DNA of 64,000 nucleotides from Bacteroidales bacterium (GTDB lineage: Bacteria > Bacteroidota > Bacteroidia > Bacteroidales > WCHB1-69), in contig JAEEQA010000002.1 in the NCBI GenBank assembly GCA_016285085.1, positions 21,390 to 85,389 on the forward strand, written 5' to 3'. A program made the position numbers and the translations under genes. Within the stretch, counting starts at the first letter, position 1. Every line of letters begins with the position of its first letter. A model generated the notes under the pieces. That model searched no databases, was not told the DNA's origin, and worked only from the letters and a program-made list of their open reading frames with translations. Shown here in pieces: positions 1-10,779 of this stretch.

Positions 1-2785
1 TCTGGGGAGTGACGACCGTGTCTTCTGGTTCAACAAACTTGATCACATAATCCTTCGGCTGAACCTTCAGGGGGTTAATCACCTTCACGTTGATAGGTCC
101 ATGGTTGTTCTTATAGGTAAGTTTGTCCATTTTGCCGTTCTTTAAAATCTGGTCGCGGCATTCGTCGGTCAGATCGAGGAAGAAACCACCATTGCCCTGT
201 CCTTCGATACGGGTAATCATCGGTTGTGTACCATACTCGCAGTTGACGACGGTACCACCATTCTCCTGTTGCGGGTCATGCGGGATGCCCACATAGGGTT
301 TACCAGAATTTTCAACATCACCGATATTGCGACGGCCGGCGAGGAAAGTGACTTTCTGTCCTTCAAGGCCATGTTCTACACCGGGTTCCGTTGAATAAGG
401 CGCGAAATTGTTGTAGGCATACGCCAAAACGAGGAAATAGTATTTTTTATGGTTAACCAGTTGGGTTGAGGTCGTTGCAAAGGCGTCTTCCGTAATCAAG
501 AAAGAGTGACGGAGACCCTGGTCTTCACCATTTACTTTCAATTGCGGGGCGCTCGTACCGATAGCGTCATCATAAACCCAGTTCACCAACTGGCTGACAC
601 CATTCTGAATATCGCACTGGGCGATCAGGCGGATTTTGTCAAGGTCACCGATATCCGTTGCGCTCACGTATTCATTGATGCACTGGTAAATCATATAACC
701 CTCAAAACGATATTTTCTGTCGTAAACAATTTCTTCAAAAGCGGAACTGTCGCGAGCCTGGAGGAGGAACGTATCTACGCCGTTGATCTGACAACGTACC
801 GTATCATAAAGAGTATAAATAACCTCGTCTATACGGGATTCTGAAATGGAAGGATCTTCTTCCTCATAGCCCTCACGGTAGTTGTTGCTGGATTCAGCAT
901 TGCTGAGATAGAGGATCAACTGGTTGTTCATTTCTTCAATGGTGAGGTCCGGAGCATCGGGGCCGTCCAAAACCTTGAAGCAGTTTTCAAACAAGGACTG
1001 GCACTTGTCGTCAGCCACTTTCAGAGCGTCAACAGAGGCGGCAGCGCCACCGCTTGTAGCGCGAGCCCACGGAATACCGACGGTAATGTAGTTGACAGCA
1101 CCGGCATGAAGGGTGAAGGGACCGGCAGACTGCATGAAACGACGGTCAGCAGGAGCATTACCGACAGCGGTTTCTGTCCAGCCGTCAGCGGAGTTGTTAT
1201 AAGTGGATGGAGCCGGTATTTCACCAAGTGTACCCCAGTTACACGGGTCGGTAAGACCGGGGAACATGAAGTCACACGGCGGACCGAAAGCACCGTTCTG
1301 CGGGTGGGCATTGGCGCCGTATTTCATTTTCAAGTTATCTTTCCAGATACCACGCAACATATTGTAGTACTCGAAAGCCACATCGGGGTCACCGACAACA
1401 GAGTTGTCATTATTGTGATAAACGAAACGGCGCATACCGAAACGTTCATTATCCACAATACCGTCACCGAAGTTCACACCGTTGATAGCTTCGGCGCGAA
1501 CCAGCACCATTGAATCCTCTACCATGACAACAGAATCGCTGTCCGGATCGGGATTCCAAGAGAAAGCCTTCATCTGGCCGTCCAAACCCACAATCTCGCA
1601 GCTTCCACCCATTGTCGGACCGAATTCAGCTGGACCGTTGAAGGAGGGGTTGTCATAACCATCGGGGTCGAGGTAAGGACCCTGGAAGAAGTCCACACCG
1701 ACCGCAGGTGGCTGGGCACCATAGTGCTGCACCAAGCCCTGACCGTCGATGTTTCTACCATTGTAGCAATAGCCCAAACCACGGGCAACATCGCAACCCA
1801 CATAGTCATCGTCGGCATAACCCAAGTCGGGGTCAACCCACTGTGAGAAATAAGTGTTGGTCAAGTCGTAGGTGGAACGGTTGATAATCTCGTAGCTGTA
1901 GAACGTCATGTTGTTCAACTCATCGTTGGTGGAGAAGCCGAATGCCTGTGCACGGATTTCCAAACCGATGGGAGAACCCTGTGATTCTGTGTGGGAGCCG
2001 CCCTTGTCGTTGAAGATCCAGTAAAGGGTCTGGTCACCTTTCAACACATGGTCGGCATAAACCATACCGGAGGAGATACCCATTCTCTCTTCGGGGGTTT
2101 TGGGCAGTTGGCCGGCAGCGGCAAGAGCGCGGTTGGCCGTGGTCCACGGGCAGAGTTCGTTGTCAAGGTCATAGTACGGATAGTCACCGTTTGCAGGGTT
2201 GTATTCACCATCTTCATCGTAGTCGAAGAAGGGGGCGAGATAATAGGATTGTCCTGCGGAAAGGTCGTACGGATGGGCCGGCCAGTCACGGATGCTGTTG
2301 GGCATCGTATAGTCTGAATTCTGCCAGTTGGCAATATGGTCTTCCACCTCTGCGCGGGTGATCTTGTAGAATTTATCGTAATCGGCGCAGGTTTGCTGGG
2401 TAATGGAAGCACCATTCAATGTGAGAGGGCCTGTCCAGAAATCGTCACCGCGTTGGCGGAAACGGACGGCGGCCAGTTTCAGCTGGTCGTTGATATCCAT
2501 ACCGCCGATCCAAAGGGCCGCAGCAAACATGGAAGTTTTTCCAGAGCCATACGGAATTTCATACTGTGCGATTTCTTCAAACCACATAGTACCGTTTGTT
2601 TCCAAGTAGGCGCGCACGTTGTTGACAAGCAGCTGGTTGGAATTGGATGCAGGCAAACAAGTAGCAGCCGCACGGGGTTGAATTCTCGAAACCGCGGAAC
2701 CGCCCCTGTACTTTTCAGCCTGAACAGAACCGAATGTCATCAACAGGGCAGCTGCGAGAACTAAAAGCTTACTGATATTTTTCAT
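1..2785 (-). CDS. large secreted protein of unknown function; 5' part only, gene runs off the left edge
   Basis: ATG on the minus strand at 2785-2783, 27 nt after the stop of the upstream receptor gene. By hand translation the frame stays open to position 1 (>=928 codons). It is absent from the ORF track, presumably because no stop lies in the window. The N-terminus MKNISKLLVLAAALLMTFGSVQA looks like a signal peptide. Track ORFs at 506-2764 are in other frames and are shadows. Confidence 0.7.
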   Translation of the reverse strand, partial: MKNISKLLVLAAALLMTFGSVQAEKYRGGSAVSRIQPRAAATCLPASNSNQLLVNNVRAYLETNGTMWFEEIAQYEIPYGSGKTSMFAAALWIGGMDINDQLKLAAVRFRQRGDDFWTGPLTLNGASITQQTCADYDKFYKITRAEVEDHIANWQNSDYTMPNSIRDWPAHPYDLSAGQSYYLAPFFDYDEDGEYNPANGDYPYYDLDNELCPWTTANRALAAAGQLPKTPEERMGISSGMVYADHVLKGDQTLYWIFNDKGGSHTESQGSPIGLEIRAQAFGFSTNDELNNMTFYSYEIINRSTYDLTNTYFSQWVDPDLGYADDDYVGCDVARGLGYCYNGRNIDGQGLVQHYGAQPPAVGVDFFQGPYLDPDGYDNPSFNGPAEFGPTMGGSCEIVGLDGQMKAFSWNPDPDSDSVVMVEDSMVLVRAEAINGVNFGDGIVDNERFGMRRFVYHNNDNSVVGDPDVAFEYYNMLRGIWKDNLKMKYGANAHPQNGAFGPPCDFMFPGLTDPCNWGTLGEIPAPSTYNNSADGWTETAVGNAPADRRFMQSAGPFTLHAGAVNYITVGIPWARATSGGAAASVDALKVADDKCQSLFENCFKVLDGPDAPDLTIEEMNNQLILYLSNAESSNNYREGYEEEDPSISESRIDEVIYTLYDTVRCQINGVDTFLLQARDSSAFEEIVYDRKYRFEGYMIYQCINEYVSATDIGDLDKIRLIAQCDIQNGVSQLVNWVYDDAIGTSAPQLKVNGEDQGLRHSFLITEDAFATTSTQLVNHKKYYFLVLAYAYNNFAPYSTEPGVEHGLEGQKVTFLAGRRNIGDVENSGKPYVGIPHDPQQENGGTVVNCEYGTQPMITRIEGQGNGGFFLDLTDECRDQILKNGKMDKLTYKNNHGPINVKVINPLKVQPKDYVIKFVEPEDTVVTPQ

Positions 2786-2812
2786 ATTCTATAATTTTTT
2801 TTCTACGGTTGA

Positions 2813-5800
2813 TTAAAAAGAGAAACTGACACCCAATACCACACGGGTAGGTCTTGTGTAGTTGTACGGATCCTGCATTCTCATCAGGTAGTAGTTGCTA
2901 TAGGAAGCGACACTGACCTGGGAGTTGATCTGTTGCTGATATTCAGTAGCGGTCAGATAACCATCATCGTCGGCGTTACCGGTATATTCATATACATAAA
3001 TAACATTCTTGAAGTTGAAGAGGTTCAACACTTCCAGATAGACATCGAGGAATCCTCTCTTGGTGGTTTCACCCTTCTCGTCTTTCTTGAGGCTCAGCAT
3101 GAAGGATTTGTTGATACGGAGGTCGCACTGGAAGATCCACGGCATATTGGAACCGTTGATGGTACCGGCGAGCTGGCTCTTCGTACCGCTGACATAGATG
3201 GAGTAGGGCTTGCTGGAACGGCTGTAAGGCATACCAGAACCTGCGGAGAAGTTGAGGTTGACGCCGAAGCCTTCCAAAACTTTGGTTTCTTTCACCTTGC
3301 CGTTCTTTTCCTTGCGGACAGTCGGGCCGTTGTAGTCGCCGCCCCAACCGAAACGGTAGTCAATCGTAGCGGCCAGTTTGTGGCGCTGGTCGAAGCTCAG
3401 GTTAGTGAGGGTACGCAAGTTGGGCTGACCGGAAGAGATGATGGCCAGACCGGAAGTGGCGGAAGAACCGGTACCTTTTGCAAACTGCAACGTGTAGCTT
3501 GCACGGAGGGTGATGTTCTTGGTGCGCTGGAGGTCATAGCTGACCGTGAAGCCCTGCACTGTACCGAAGTCGATATTGTCATAAGAATAATAGGTGGTGG
3601 GATATGCACCGGAGTAACGGTAGGCTTGGATCTGGTCACGTTCCTCTCTATAGTATGCGGCCAAGCTCAAAGCGGAGCTTTCGCCGATGGCCTGACGGAA
3701 ACCCAATTCATAGTCGATGGTCTTGGAGGGTTTCAGACGCGGGTTGTTGACGCGGGAATCGGGGGTGTTGTACTTCTCAATCCAGAGATAGCTGATCGGG
3801 TCCAGACGGAGGTAGCTCGGACGAGAGGTGATGATGTTGTAGTGGGCATAGAACAATGATTTGTTGCTCACCGGGAAGGAGAAGGAAAGACGCGGCATCA
3901 CAGACCATTGCGGTTTGTAATCTTCGAAGGCGTCGTAGTCAACCTTGGAAACGTAGGTAGCCGGGAGGGCTTTTTTCAGGATCGGACCGCCGGTGGCACC
4001 CAAAACGGTGGTCGGGTCAGTGACCTCGGCACCATTGGCGTCGTACCATGTGTTGCCACTACGGAAAGCCACGATATTGGTATTGTCGGGATCCAAGGTC
4101 ATATCGGACTGGTTCACATAGACCACCCAATCATCTGCGGCGTTGCCGGGGATGTACTTGGAATCAAAGCTTCCGCGAATTTCACCCACTCTATAGGCAT
4201 CTCTAAACAAATAGGGGTCTTTCAGAACAGACTGGTTGGCGTCGAAGCGGTCGATACGGACACCCACGTTGAACAACAGGCTCTGGATGGAGAATTTATC
4301 CTGAATATACATTGCCATATAGACGGGTTCGTAAGCACCTACGCGGTAGGTATTGTCTCCGTTTTCATCTGTTTCCGTAAAGAACTGCTCGATGTTGGTT
4401 TTGGTCTTGGTTCTCTTGGAGCCGGTGTAATCATAACCATAATAAGAAATATAGGTATTACCACCATTGAAGAGTTCACCGGGGGAGAACATGCTGAGGT
4501 CAAACTGGTCGGGAGAGAGGTTGTCCAAGTCAATCCAATCCGTACCGTCAGGATTCAAACCGAGGGAGGTACGGAGATTCCGGTCGAAAGTTGTTTGGTT
4601 CTCCCGGTCAAAATACATATCATACATCACGGTGTCGTAACCGCCAACAAAGTACGGATGATCCATATCCAACTCACTGATATGGCTGTTTGTGTTGCTA
4701 CGCATCAATGTCCACAAACCAACAGGGGCGATGGAGAAAGCTCTTGATGTACGTTTCTCAAATTGGTAACCGAGTTTGATATCGTGGTTCTTCACCGTCA
4801 TGGACAAACTCACGTTGGCGCCGATCTGTGACTCTTCCGATCTGGAGTAGCTGTTATAGACGGTTCCGGGAGCGGAGAAAAGTCCATATATGCTATTCGG
4901 GGAGTCACCGTTCAACAGGGCACCGAACTGCTGGTAAAGAGTGAGGTTGTAAGGAATCACTCCGAAGTAGTCATAAATTGTACTCGGAGAATAGGTGTCT
5001 GTGAAGTTCGTCACATAATAAATAAGGTCGGGGTTGGAGATGAGGGATTCGTCGTTGTTGCCCCACGGGGTCGGGCTGAATTCAACGATGGAGTCATAGA
5101 TGTTGGAGAGAACCGTCACACCGTAGTAATCAATACCATCAATCGTAATGAATTCATCTTGACTGAGTTTGTTGTAGTATTTGGCGCGGGTGGTCTTGAA
5201 GTAACCGATATGTCCGTAGTCGAACAGGTTCTTTTTATGACGGTTGTCCTGCGCGAGTTGGGAGAAGTGCGTATAGTTGACGTTGATGTTATACATAATG
5301 TTATCAAACACAGAGCTGGTATCCAGCGGAATTCTGTGCTGGAACTTGGCATTGATACGCCATGTGTTGTAAGTGACGTTGGCGTTGTTCTGTGCATTGA
5401 AGAGGGCTGAAGCGATACCCCAGTTTTTGGCGCGGGTGTATTCATACATACCGCCGATGGAGAGGTCTATGTTCTTTTTGGAACCCAAAAGGAAGTCCAA
5501 CTTGGCTTGACCGAGGTAGTTCTGGGAACCGGCGTGGTCTCTCACACGTTTTTTGTAGAAACTTTCTTCGGTGAGGTATTCTCCGTTGGCGTAGTTGGCA
5601 CCGATTTCAGTGGCACTGTAGCGGAGAGGGTTCTTGATGAGGTAATCGATGGTTTCATCGGTGGCGCGCCATGTGCCGCCGCGGGCGGGGCTACCGTCCT
5701 TGGTGTAGGAGGCGTCGCCGGTGATCATGAAGCCGATACGGGCGGGGTCGCCTGACTTCTTGCCGCGGAGGATGGGGCCTGTGAGGGAGACCTCCCCGAG

Positions 5801-6538
5801 GAAGTCGTTATAACCTTCGATGGAGCCGCGGAGCTCGGCGGAACCGTGGAGGTCTTTGGAGATACCCTTGGTGGTGATGACCATGAAGCTGGTACCGTCA
5901 CCATATTCAGCGGGGATACCACCCTGGATCAACTCGGCCTGTTCAACGGAAGCCATGGAAACGCCGCCGGTACCGCGGACAACCATACCGTCGATCATTG
6001 TCTTCTGACCGTCGGAGCGGGCACCACGGACACTGGTGAGGCTACCGTCAACGGAGGTGACACCTTCGGAGCTGGCCAAGGCACCGGTGATGGAACGACC
6101 CGGAGTCTGCTTGATGTCATCCACGCTGAGGGTCGTGGCGGTCTTCGTATTATCAGCGCGGAAGACCGGCTCTTTCCATGTAACCGTCACCTCGTCCAAT
6201 GCCTGAGAGGAGCAATTGATTTTGTGGTTCACGAAAAGGTCCTGACCGTTGCTGATCTTCACGCCCTTTTCCGTTTCCTGCTTACCGCAGGAGGTAATCA
6301 GCGTGGCATCGAACGTAATGTCATACGTACCTGCGGGCACACCGTGCAGGGCGTAGTTACCGTCACCATCCGTCATCGCATAGTTGACAACACTACCCTC
6401 TTTTTTCAGGAGGACGTTGGCAAACTCGATGGCGCCGCCGCCCTGGTCCGTGACCTTTCCTTTGATGGTACCCTGAGAGAACGCAAGACTGCTACAGAAT
6501 AGAACGATTCCAAGCGTCAAGAGTAACTTTTTAATCAT
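2813..6538 (-). CDS. TonB-dependent-receptor-like outer membrane protein with N-terminal carboxypeptidase-regulatory-like domain
   Basis: 1241 aa. Signal peptide MIKKLLLTLGIVLFCSSLAFSQ. CarboxypepD_reg-like segment GTIKGKVTDQGGGAIEFANVLLKK...DGDGNYALHGVPAGTYDITF. Plug-like region (TVTWKEPVF...DDIKQTPGRSITGAL...TMIDGM). Long beta-barrel-type sequence ending in an aromatic residue (LGVSFSF). Confidence 0.85.
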   Translation of the reverse strand: MIKKLLLTLGIVLFCSSLAFSQGTIKGKVTDQGGGAIEFANVLLKKEGSVVNYAMTDGDGNYALHGVPAGTYDITFDATLITSCGKQETEKGVKISNGQDLFVNHKINCSSQALDEVTVTWKEPVFRADNTKTATTLSVDDIKQTPGRSITGALASSEGVTSVDGSLTSVRGARSDGQKTMIDGMVVRGTGGVSMASVEQAELIQGGIPAEYGDGTSFMVITTKGISKDLHGSAELRGSIEGYNDFLGEVSLTGPILRGKKSGDPARIGFMITGDASYTKDGSPARGGTWRATDETIDYLIKNPLRYSATEIGANYANGEYLTEESFYKKRVRDHAGSQNYLGQAKLDFLLGSKKNIDLSIGGMYEYTRAKNWGIASALFNAQNNANVTYNTWRINAKFQHRIPLDTSSVFDNIMYNINVNYTHFSQLAQDNRHKKNLFDYGHIGYFKTTRAKYYNKLSQDEFITIDGIDYYGVTVLSNIYDSIVEFSPTPWGNNDESLISNPDLIYYVTNFTDTYSPSTIYDYFGVIPYNLTLYQQFGALLNGDSPNSIYGLFSAPGTVYNSYSRSEESQIGANVSLSMTVKNHDIKLGYQFEKRTSRAFSIAPVGLWTLMRSNTNSHISELDMDHPYFVGGYDTVMYDMYFDRENQTTFDRNLRTSLGLNPDGTDWIDLDNLSPDQFDLSMFSPGELFNGGNTYISYYGYDYTGSKRTKTKTNIEQFFTETDENGDNTYRVGAYEPVYMAMYIQDKFSIQSLLFNVGVRIDRFDANQSVLKDPYLFRDAYRVGEIRGSFDSKYIPGNAADDWVVYVNQSDMTLDPDNTNIVAFRSGNTWYDANGAEVTDPTTVLGATGGPILKKALPATYVSKVDYDAFEDYKPQWSVMPRLSFSFPVSNKSLFYAHYNIITSRPSYLRLDPISYLWIEKYNTPDSRVNNPRLKPSKTIDYELGFRQAIGESSALSLAAYYREERDQIQAYRYSGAYPTTYYSYDNIDFGTVQGFTVSYDLQRTKNITLRASYTLQFAKGTGSSATSGLAIISSGQPNLRTLTNLSFDQRHKLAATIDYRFGWGGDYNGPTVRKEKNGKVKETKVLEGFGVNLNFSAGSGMPYSRSSKPYSIYVSGTKSQLAGTINGSNMPWIFQCDLRINKSFMLSLKKDEKGETTKRGFLDVYLEVLNLFNFKNVIYVYEYTGNADDDGYLTATEYQQQINSQVSVASYSNYYLMRMQDPYNYTRPTRVVLGVSFSF

Positions 6539-6599
6539 AACTGAGATTTTATATTAAACATTAATTTACTATCCAACAAAATACACACAAATTAGGGCG

Positions 6600-6607
6600 C
6601 AAATTTA
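6600..6607 (-). promoter_or_regulatory. Bacteroidota -7 box TAAATTTG (receptor operon)
   Basis: Matches TAnnTTTG, ~60 nt upstream of ATG 6538, followed by GCGCC. Confidence 0.5.
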
Positions 6608-6666
6608 CAAAAAAATCTTTTGCAGATTCGCGCCCTTTCTTTCTTTTTTTTATTATTTATAACTTT

Positions 6667-7092
6667 CTAATTATAAGGTCTTTTCAATATTTCTGAATAA
6701 ACAATCCCTTTGTATAAATCTTCCATATCAAGCGATATTTGCATTTTTTTTCTCTCCTCATCTTCAATGTTTTGAACATTTATTTCAACATCACTCCCGG
6801 AACAACTTTTCACCGCTGACGTTTCTTCGTTGATTTCCGGTTCAAGATTTTCGTAAGTGAAATAGGGGTTGTTTTTCGGAATTTCCTCGTAAGATGTCGG
6901 CGGTTTCGCTTCCTCTTCCTGATAATCTGCCTCCAATGTTTCCCATTCAGGTTCTGACATCACAGTGGGTTGAGGAAACGGGCTTGGTTTCGGTTTGCGT
7001 TGCGCCTGTTGCTGCGCCTTTCTCTTCGATTTGCTGTATGCCCGAAGAAGCACAAACGCAATGATGCCAATTGTTATTAGGGTATCTACCAT
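6667..7092 (-). CDS. hypothetical single-pass membrane protein with acidic tail
   Basis: 141 aa. N-terminal TM helix (LITIGIIAFVLL), then a KR-rich stretch and an E/P-rich region. No recognisable domain. Confidence 0.4.
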   Translation of the reverse strand: MVDTLITIGIIAFVLLRAYSKSKRKAQQQAQRKPKPSPFPQPTVMSEPEWETLEADYQEEEAKPPTSYEEIPKNNPYFTYENLEPEINEETSAVKSCSGSDVEINVQNIEDEERKKMQISLDMEDLYKGIVYSEILKRPYN

Positions 7093-7129
7093 ATTTTTAT
7101 ATATACTATTATTAAATTATTGGTTGGGT

Positions 7130-7159
7130 TGTAGAGACGCAAAATTTTGCGTCTCTACA
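7130..7159. repeat. GTAGAGACGC palindromic element (perfect 30-nt palindrome, AT loop)
   Basis: TGTAGAGACGCAAAATTTTGCGTCTCTACA, intergenic upstream of mutS. Confidence 0.9.
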
Positions 7160-7270
7160 CACCGCCTTGTTTCACAATAACGCCCGCAAAAATACGACAA
7201 AATTACATCATTTCGTATGTAACCCGTGTTTTTTTGCAAAAATGGCGGACAAAATCTCATAAAATTCGTG

Positions 7271-7278
7271 TACCTTTG
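7271..7278 (+). promoter_or_regulatory. -7 box TACCTTTG (mutS)
   Basis: TAnnTTTG followed by CGCC, 21 nt before ATG 7299. Confidence 0.55.
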
Positions 7279-7298
7279 CGCCTCAAAATCGTGCAAGT

Positions 7299-9905
7299 AT
7301 GGGAAAACAGGCGGAAACCCCGTTAATGAGGCAGTACAACCAGTTCAAAGCGAAGTATCCGGATGCTATTTTGCTGTTTCGGGTGGGTGACTTTTATGAA
7401 ACTTTCGGCGAGGATGCCGTGAAGACCTCGCAAATTCTCGGAATTGTGCTCACCAAACGGTCGAACGGGGCCGCCGCCGACCAGGACCTTGCCGGATTTC
7501 CGCATCATGCACTCGACACCTACCTTCCCAAACTGGTCCGGGCCGGCTACCGTGTCGCCATCTGCGACCAGCTGGAAGACCCAAAACTCACCAAAACCCT
7601 TGTCAAACGCGGTATCACCGAACTGGTAACCCCCGGCATCGCCACCAACGACAAGATTTTGGAACAGAAGGAGAACAACTTCCTCGGGGCCATCCATTAC
7701 GACAGCAACTGCAGCGGCATTGCCTTTGTGGATGCCTCCACCGGCGAATTTTACCTCGCCGAAGGCAATAACGAGTACATTGACAAACTGTTGCAGAATT
7801 TCAAACCCGCTGAAATGGTGATCCAGAAGGGAAAGGTGCAGGAGTTCCGCGAACATTTCGGGGAGAAGATTCTGCTCACCACCTTTGAGGACTGGGTCTT
7901 CACCTCCGACTACACCGTGCCTCTGTTGACCCAACACTTTCAGACGAACTCTTTAAAAGGTTTCGGTATCGAAAATCTCACCAAAGGCATCATTGCTGCC
8001 GGCGCTGCCCTCCACTACCTCAGCGAAACCCAGAACCATAAGGTACAACATATTAACAAGTTGAACCGAATTGAGGAAGAACATTACGTCTGGCTCGACC
8101 GCTTCACCATCCGGAATCTGGAACTGATCCACTCCCCCAACGAAAATGCGGTGACCCTGCTGCAAATCCTTGACAAAACCCTCACCCCGATGGGCGGCCG
8201 CCTCCTCAAGAAATGGATTCTGATGCCCCTGAAGGAGAAAATGCTGATTGAGGAACGGCTTTCCGTGGTCAATTTCCTCATTGACAATGAGGAATTTAAA
8301 TGCGATATTGAAGCCCTTGTCCGCACCATTGGCGACCTGGAGCGTATCGGCTCGAAGATTGCCACGGGCAAGGTGAACCCTCGCGAACTCTTACAACTGG
8401 CGCGGGCACTCCGTTCCATCGCCGCCCTGCAGAAACTGTGCGCGGCACAGTCACAACCTGCCCTCAACAAAATGGCGGAACAACTGAATCCGTGCCTGTC
8501 GGTTTGCAAACGCATTGAAAACGAGATAAGTGAGGATGCTCCCGTGGCCATCAACAAGGGACGGATTTTCAAGAAAGGGGTGGATGCCGAATTGGACGAA
8601 CTCACCTCGCTTTCGCAGAACAGCAAGGCGATTTTGGCGGAAATCCAGCGTCGCGAGACCGAAAAAACAGGCATTTCCTCCCTCAAAATCGGATTCAACA
8701 ACGTGTTTGGCTATTATTTGGAGGTGACCAACGCCCATAAGGACAAGGTCCCGGCCGAATGGATCCGCAAGCAGACCCTCACCAACGCCGAACGCTATAT
8801 CACTGAGGAACTTAAAGAGCTAGAAAGCAAAATCCTGGGCGCAGAGGACAAAATCCTGAGCATCGAAACGCGCCTGTTCAATGAATTGGCCCTCTCCCTC
8901 ATCGACTATATCCCGATGATTCAGACGGACGCCCGTATTGTCGCCAGAATTGATGTACTTTCCTGTTTTTCAACTATTTCTAAAGAAAATCAATACATCC
9001 GGCCCGTCATTGACGACAGCACCGTGATTGACATCAAGGGTGGACGGCACGCCGTGATTGAAACGCAGCTGCCGCCAGGAGAATCGTACATTGCCAACGA
9101 TGTGTATTTGGATAACGAAAAACAGCAGATCATCATCATCACCGGACCCAACATGTCGGGTAAGTCGGCGCTGCTGCGGCAAACGGCGCTGATTGTGTTA
9201 ATGGCGCAGATGGGCTGCTACGTTCCCGCCGTCAGCGCCCGCATCGGCGTGGTGGACAAGATCTTCACACGCGTCGGGGCTTCCGACAACATCTCCACCG
9301 GTGAATCCACTTTCATGGTCGAGATGAACGAGACGGCCAGCATCCTCAACAACATCTCCAACCGGAGCCTCGTGCTTTTGGACGAAATCGGCAGAGGAAC
9401 AAGTACTTACGACGGTGTTTCCATCGCTTGGGCCATTGCCGAATATCTGCATGAACACCCCGTACACCGTGCCAAGGTGCTGTTTGCCACCCACTACCAT
9501 GAGTTGAACGATATGGCGGCGCAGTTCAAACGCATCAAGAACTACCATGTTTCCGTCAAGGAAGTGAACAATAAAATCCTGTTTTTAAGGAAGTTGAAAG
9601 AAGGAGGAAGCGAGCACAGTTTCGGTATCCACGTGGCAAGGATGGCCGGGATGCCCCAACAGGTGCTGAACCGCGCCGACGAGGTGCTGAAGCAGTTGGA
9701 GGAGAGCCACAGCAGCAAGGAGGAACGAAGCATCAAGAAGAAACCCGCCCAAGCTGGCTACCAGCTCAGCTTTATCAATCTGGACGACCCGCTGCTGCTG
9801 GACATCAAAGACATCATCATTGATTTGGATATCAATTCGTTAACACCCGTAGAGGCCTTGATGAAATTGAATGAAATCAAAACGATGCTGACACGGGGTA
9901 AATAA
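7299..9905 (+). CDS. mutS: DNA mismatch repair protein MutS
   Basis: 868 aa. N-terminus [34 protein letters not shown]. Walker [16 protein letters not shown] and [12 protein letters not shown] motifs. Confidence 0.97.
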   Translation: MGKQAETPLMRQYNQFKAKYPDAILLFRVGDFYETFGEDAVKTSQILGIVLTKRSNGAAADQDLAGFPHHALDTYLPKLVRAGYRVAICDQLEDPKLTKTLVKRGITELVTPGIATNDKILEQKENNFLGAIHYDSNCSGIAFVDASTGEFYLAEGNNEYIDKLLQNFKPAEMVIQKGKVQEFREHFGEKILLTTFEDWVFTSDYTVPLLTQHFQTNSLKGFGIENLTKGIIAAGAALHYLSETQNHKVQHINKLNRIEEEHYVWLDRFTIRNLELIHSPNENAVTLLQILDKTLTPMGGRLLKKWILMPLKEKMLIEERLSVVNFLIDNEEFKCDIEALVRTIGDLERIGSKIATGKVNPRELLQLARALRSIAALQKLCAAQSQPALNKMAEQLNPCLSVCKRIENEISEDAPVAINKGRIFKKGVDAELDELTSLSQNSKAILAEIQRRETEKTGISSLKIGFNNVFGYYLEVTNAHKDKVPAEWIRKQTLTNAERYITEELKELESKILGAEDKILSIETRLFNELALSLIDYIPMIQTDARIVARIDVLSCFSTISKENQYIRPVIDDSTVIDIKGGRHAVIETQLPPGESYIANDVYLDNEKQQIIIITGPNMSGKSALLRQTALIVLMAQMGCYVPAVSARIGVVDKIFTRVGASDNISTGESTFMVEMNETASILNNISNRSLVLLDEIGRGTSTYDGVSIAWAIAEYLHEHPVHRAKVLFATHYHELNDMAAQFKRIKNYHVSVKEVNNKILFLRKLKEGGSEHSFGIHVARMAGMPQQVLNRADEVLKQLEESHSSKEERSIKKKPAQAGYQLSFINLDDPLLLDIKDIIIDLDINSLTPVEALMKLNEIKTMLTRGK

Positions 9906-9910
9906 TGTCA

Positions 9911-10729
9911 TTAGCGCACGGAAAACACATTTTTGCCATTCGCCTTCAACACCTCCTGTGCCGCCTGGTTCTGCATAATGGCACCGCCCCATTCGTTGAA
10001 ATCATACACATTAGGTTCTCTGAACCAATTATTTACATTCATTCTCAAGGTGATTTCCGATGTGGTGGACTCGCCTATTTCCAAAGAGGCAAGCGGCAAG
10101 GTGACGGTAAAGAAATTATGGACAAATCCCGTGATTTCCCCATCTTGATAGGTTTGGCCTATGCCGCTGTGCAGGCAGAAAGGCGTCAATTCATCGTTGG
10201 TATTCAACCACTTGCCATTGATTTGCATATAGTGGTAGCCGCCGCCGATGGGTTCAGGCCACGCCATGTTGGTTTCCGGTGGATTGACGAAAAAGCCCGT
10301 GACGTTCTGTGCGGCATCCAAGCCGAAGACAAAAGAGATGCTTTTGTATTTTCCTACAGATAACTCATCGTCAATCAACCAATTAAAGGTTGAAGAAATA
10401 TCGGAGTCGTAGTAATGGATTCCGTCATTGTCGGTAACGGACACCTGTGTGCCGTCGGATTTGGTCAGCACCACGCGGGAGATGAAGTAACGGACCTCAT
10501 TAACCTCGTAGTGATTTCCCGCATCGTTCACATAATCAAGCACATCATATTGCAAGGTATGGCCATCCACCTCGGTGACGAAATGCACTTTGAGGTGGCC
10601 TGTTGGAACGGGTTTTTTACAACCAATGAAACAAAACAGGAATAACAGCAGGAACAGAATACGTTGTAGAGACGCAAAATATTGCGTCTCTACGATTACG
10701 AATTTATGGGTTTTAACCATATTATCCAT
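9911..10729 (-). CDS. MbnP-like lipoprotein
   Basis: The track ORF 9911-10894 overlaps the upstream gene, so I start it at the internal ATG 10729 (or 10720). Lipobox LFLFCFIGC. The body resembles the MbnP family (VRYFISRVVLTKSDGTQVSV, GGGYHYMQINGKW, MNVNNWF); this is pattern-level recognition only. The n-region of the signal peptide contains a palindromic repeat (VETQYFASLQ). Confidence 0.5.
   Translation of the reverse strand: MDNMVKTHKFVIVETQYFASLQRILFLLLFLFCFIGCKKPVPTGHLKVHFVTEVDGHTLQYDVLDYVNDAGNHYEVNEVRYFISRVVLTKSDGTQVSVTDNDGIHYYDSDISSTFNWLIDDELSVGKYKSISFVFGLDAAQNVTGFFVNPPETNMAWPEPIGGGYHYMQINGKWLNTNDELTPFCLHSGIGQTYQDGEITGFVHNFFTVTLPLASLEIGESTTSEITLRMNVNNWFREPNVYDFNEWGGAIMQNQAAQEVLKANGKNVFSVR
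10666..10693. repeat. GTAGAGACGC palindromic element
   Basis: GTAGAGACGCAAAATATTGCGTCTCTAC, inside the predicted N-terminal region of the MbnP-like CDS. Confidence 0.9.
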
Positions 10730-10733
10730 TTTT

Positions 10734-10774
10734 CTACTACCCTGGCCTACGGCCACCCCTTCTACATAGAAGGG
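10734..10774. repeat. double-hairpin REP-like element (CTACTACCC-GC hairpin-ACCCCTTCT-loop-AGAAGGG)
   Basis: CTACTACCCTGGCCTACGGCCACCCCTTCTACATAGAAGGG. It fills the 50-nt gap between two minus-strand genes. Confidence 0.8.
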
Positions 10775-10779
10775 AAATT

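Noticed and set aside
506-2764. Eight track ORFs (60-142 aa) on both strands in the first 2.8 kb.
   Set aside because: All are out of frame with a single minus-strand ORF that starts at 2785, has a signal peptide and stays open to the window edge. They are shadow ORFs of that gene.
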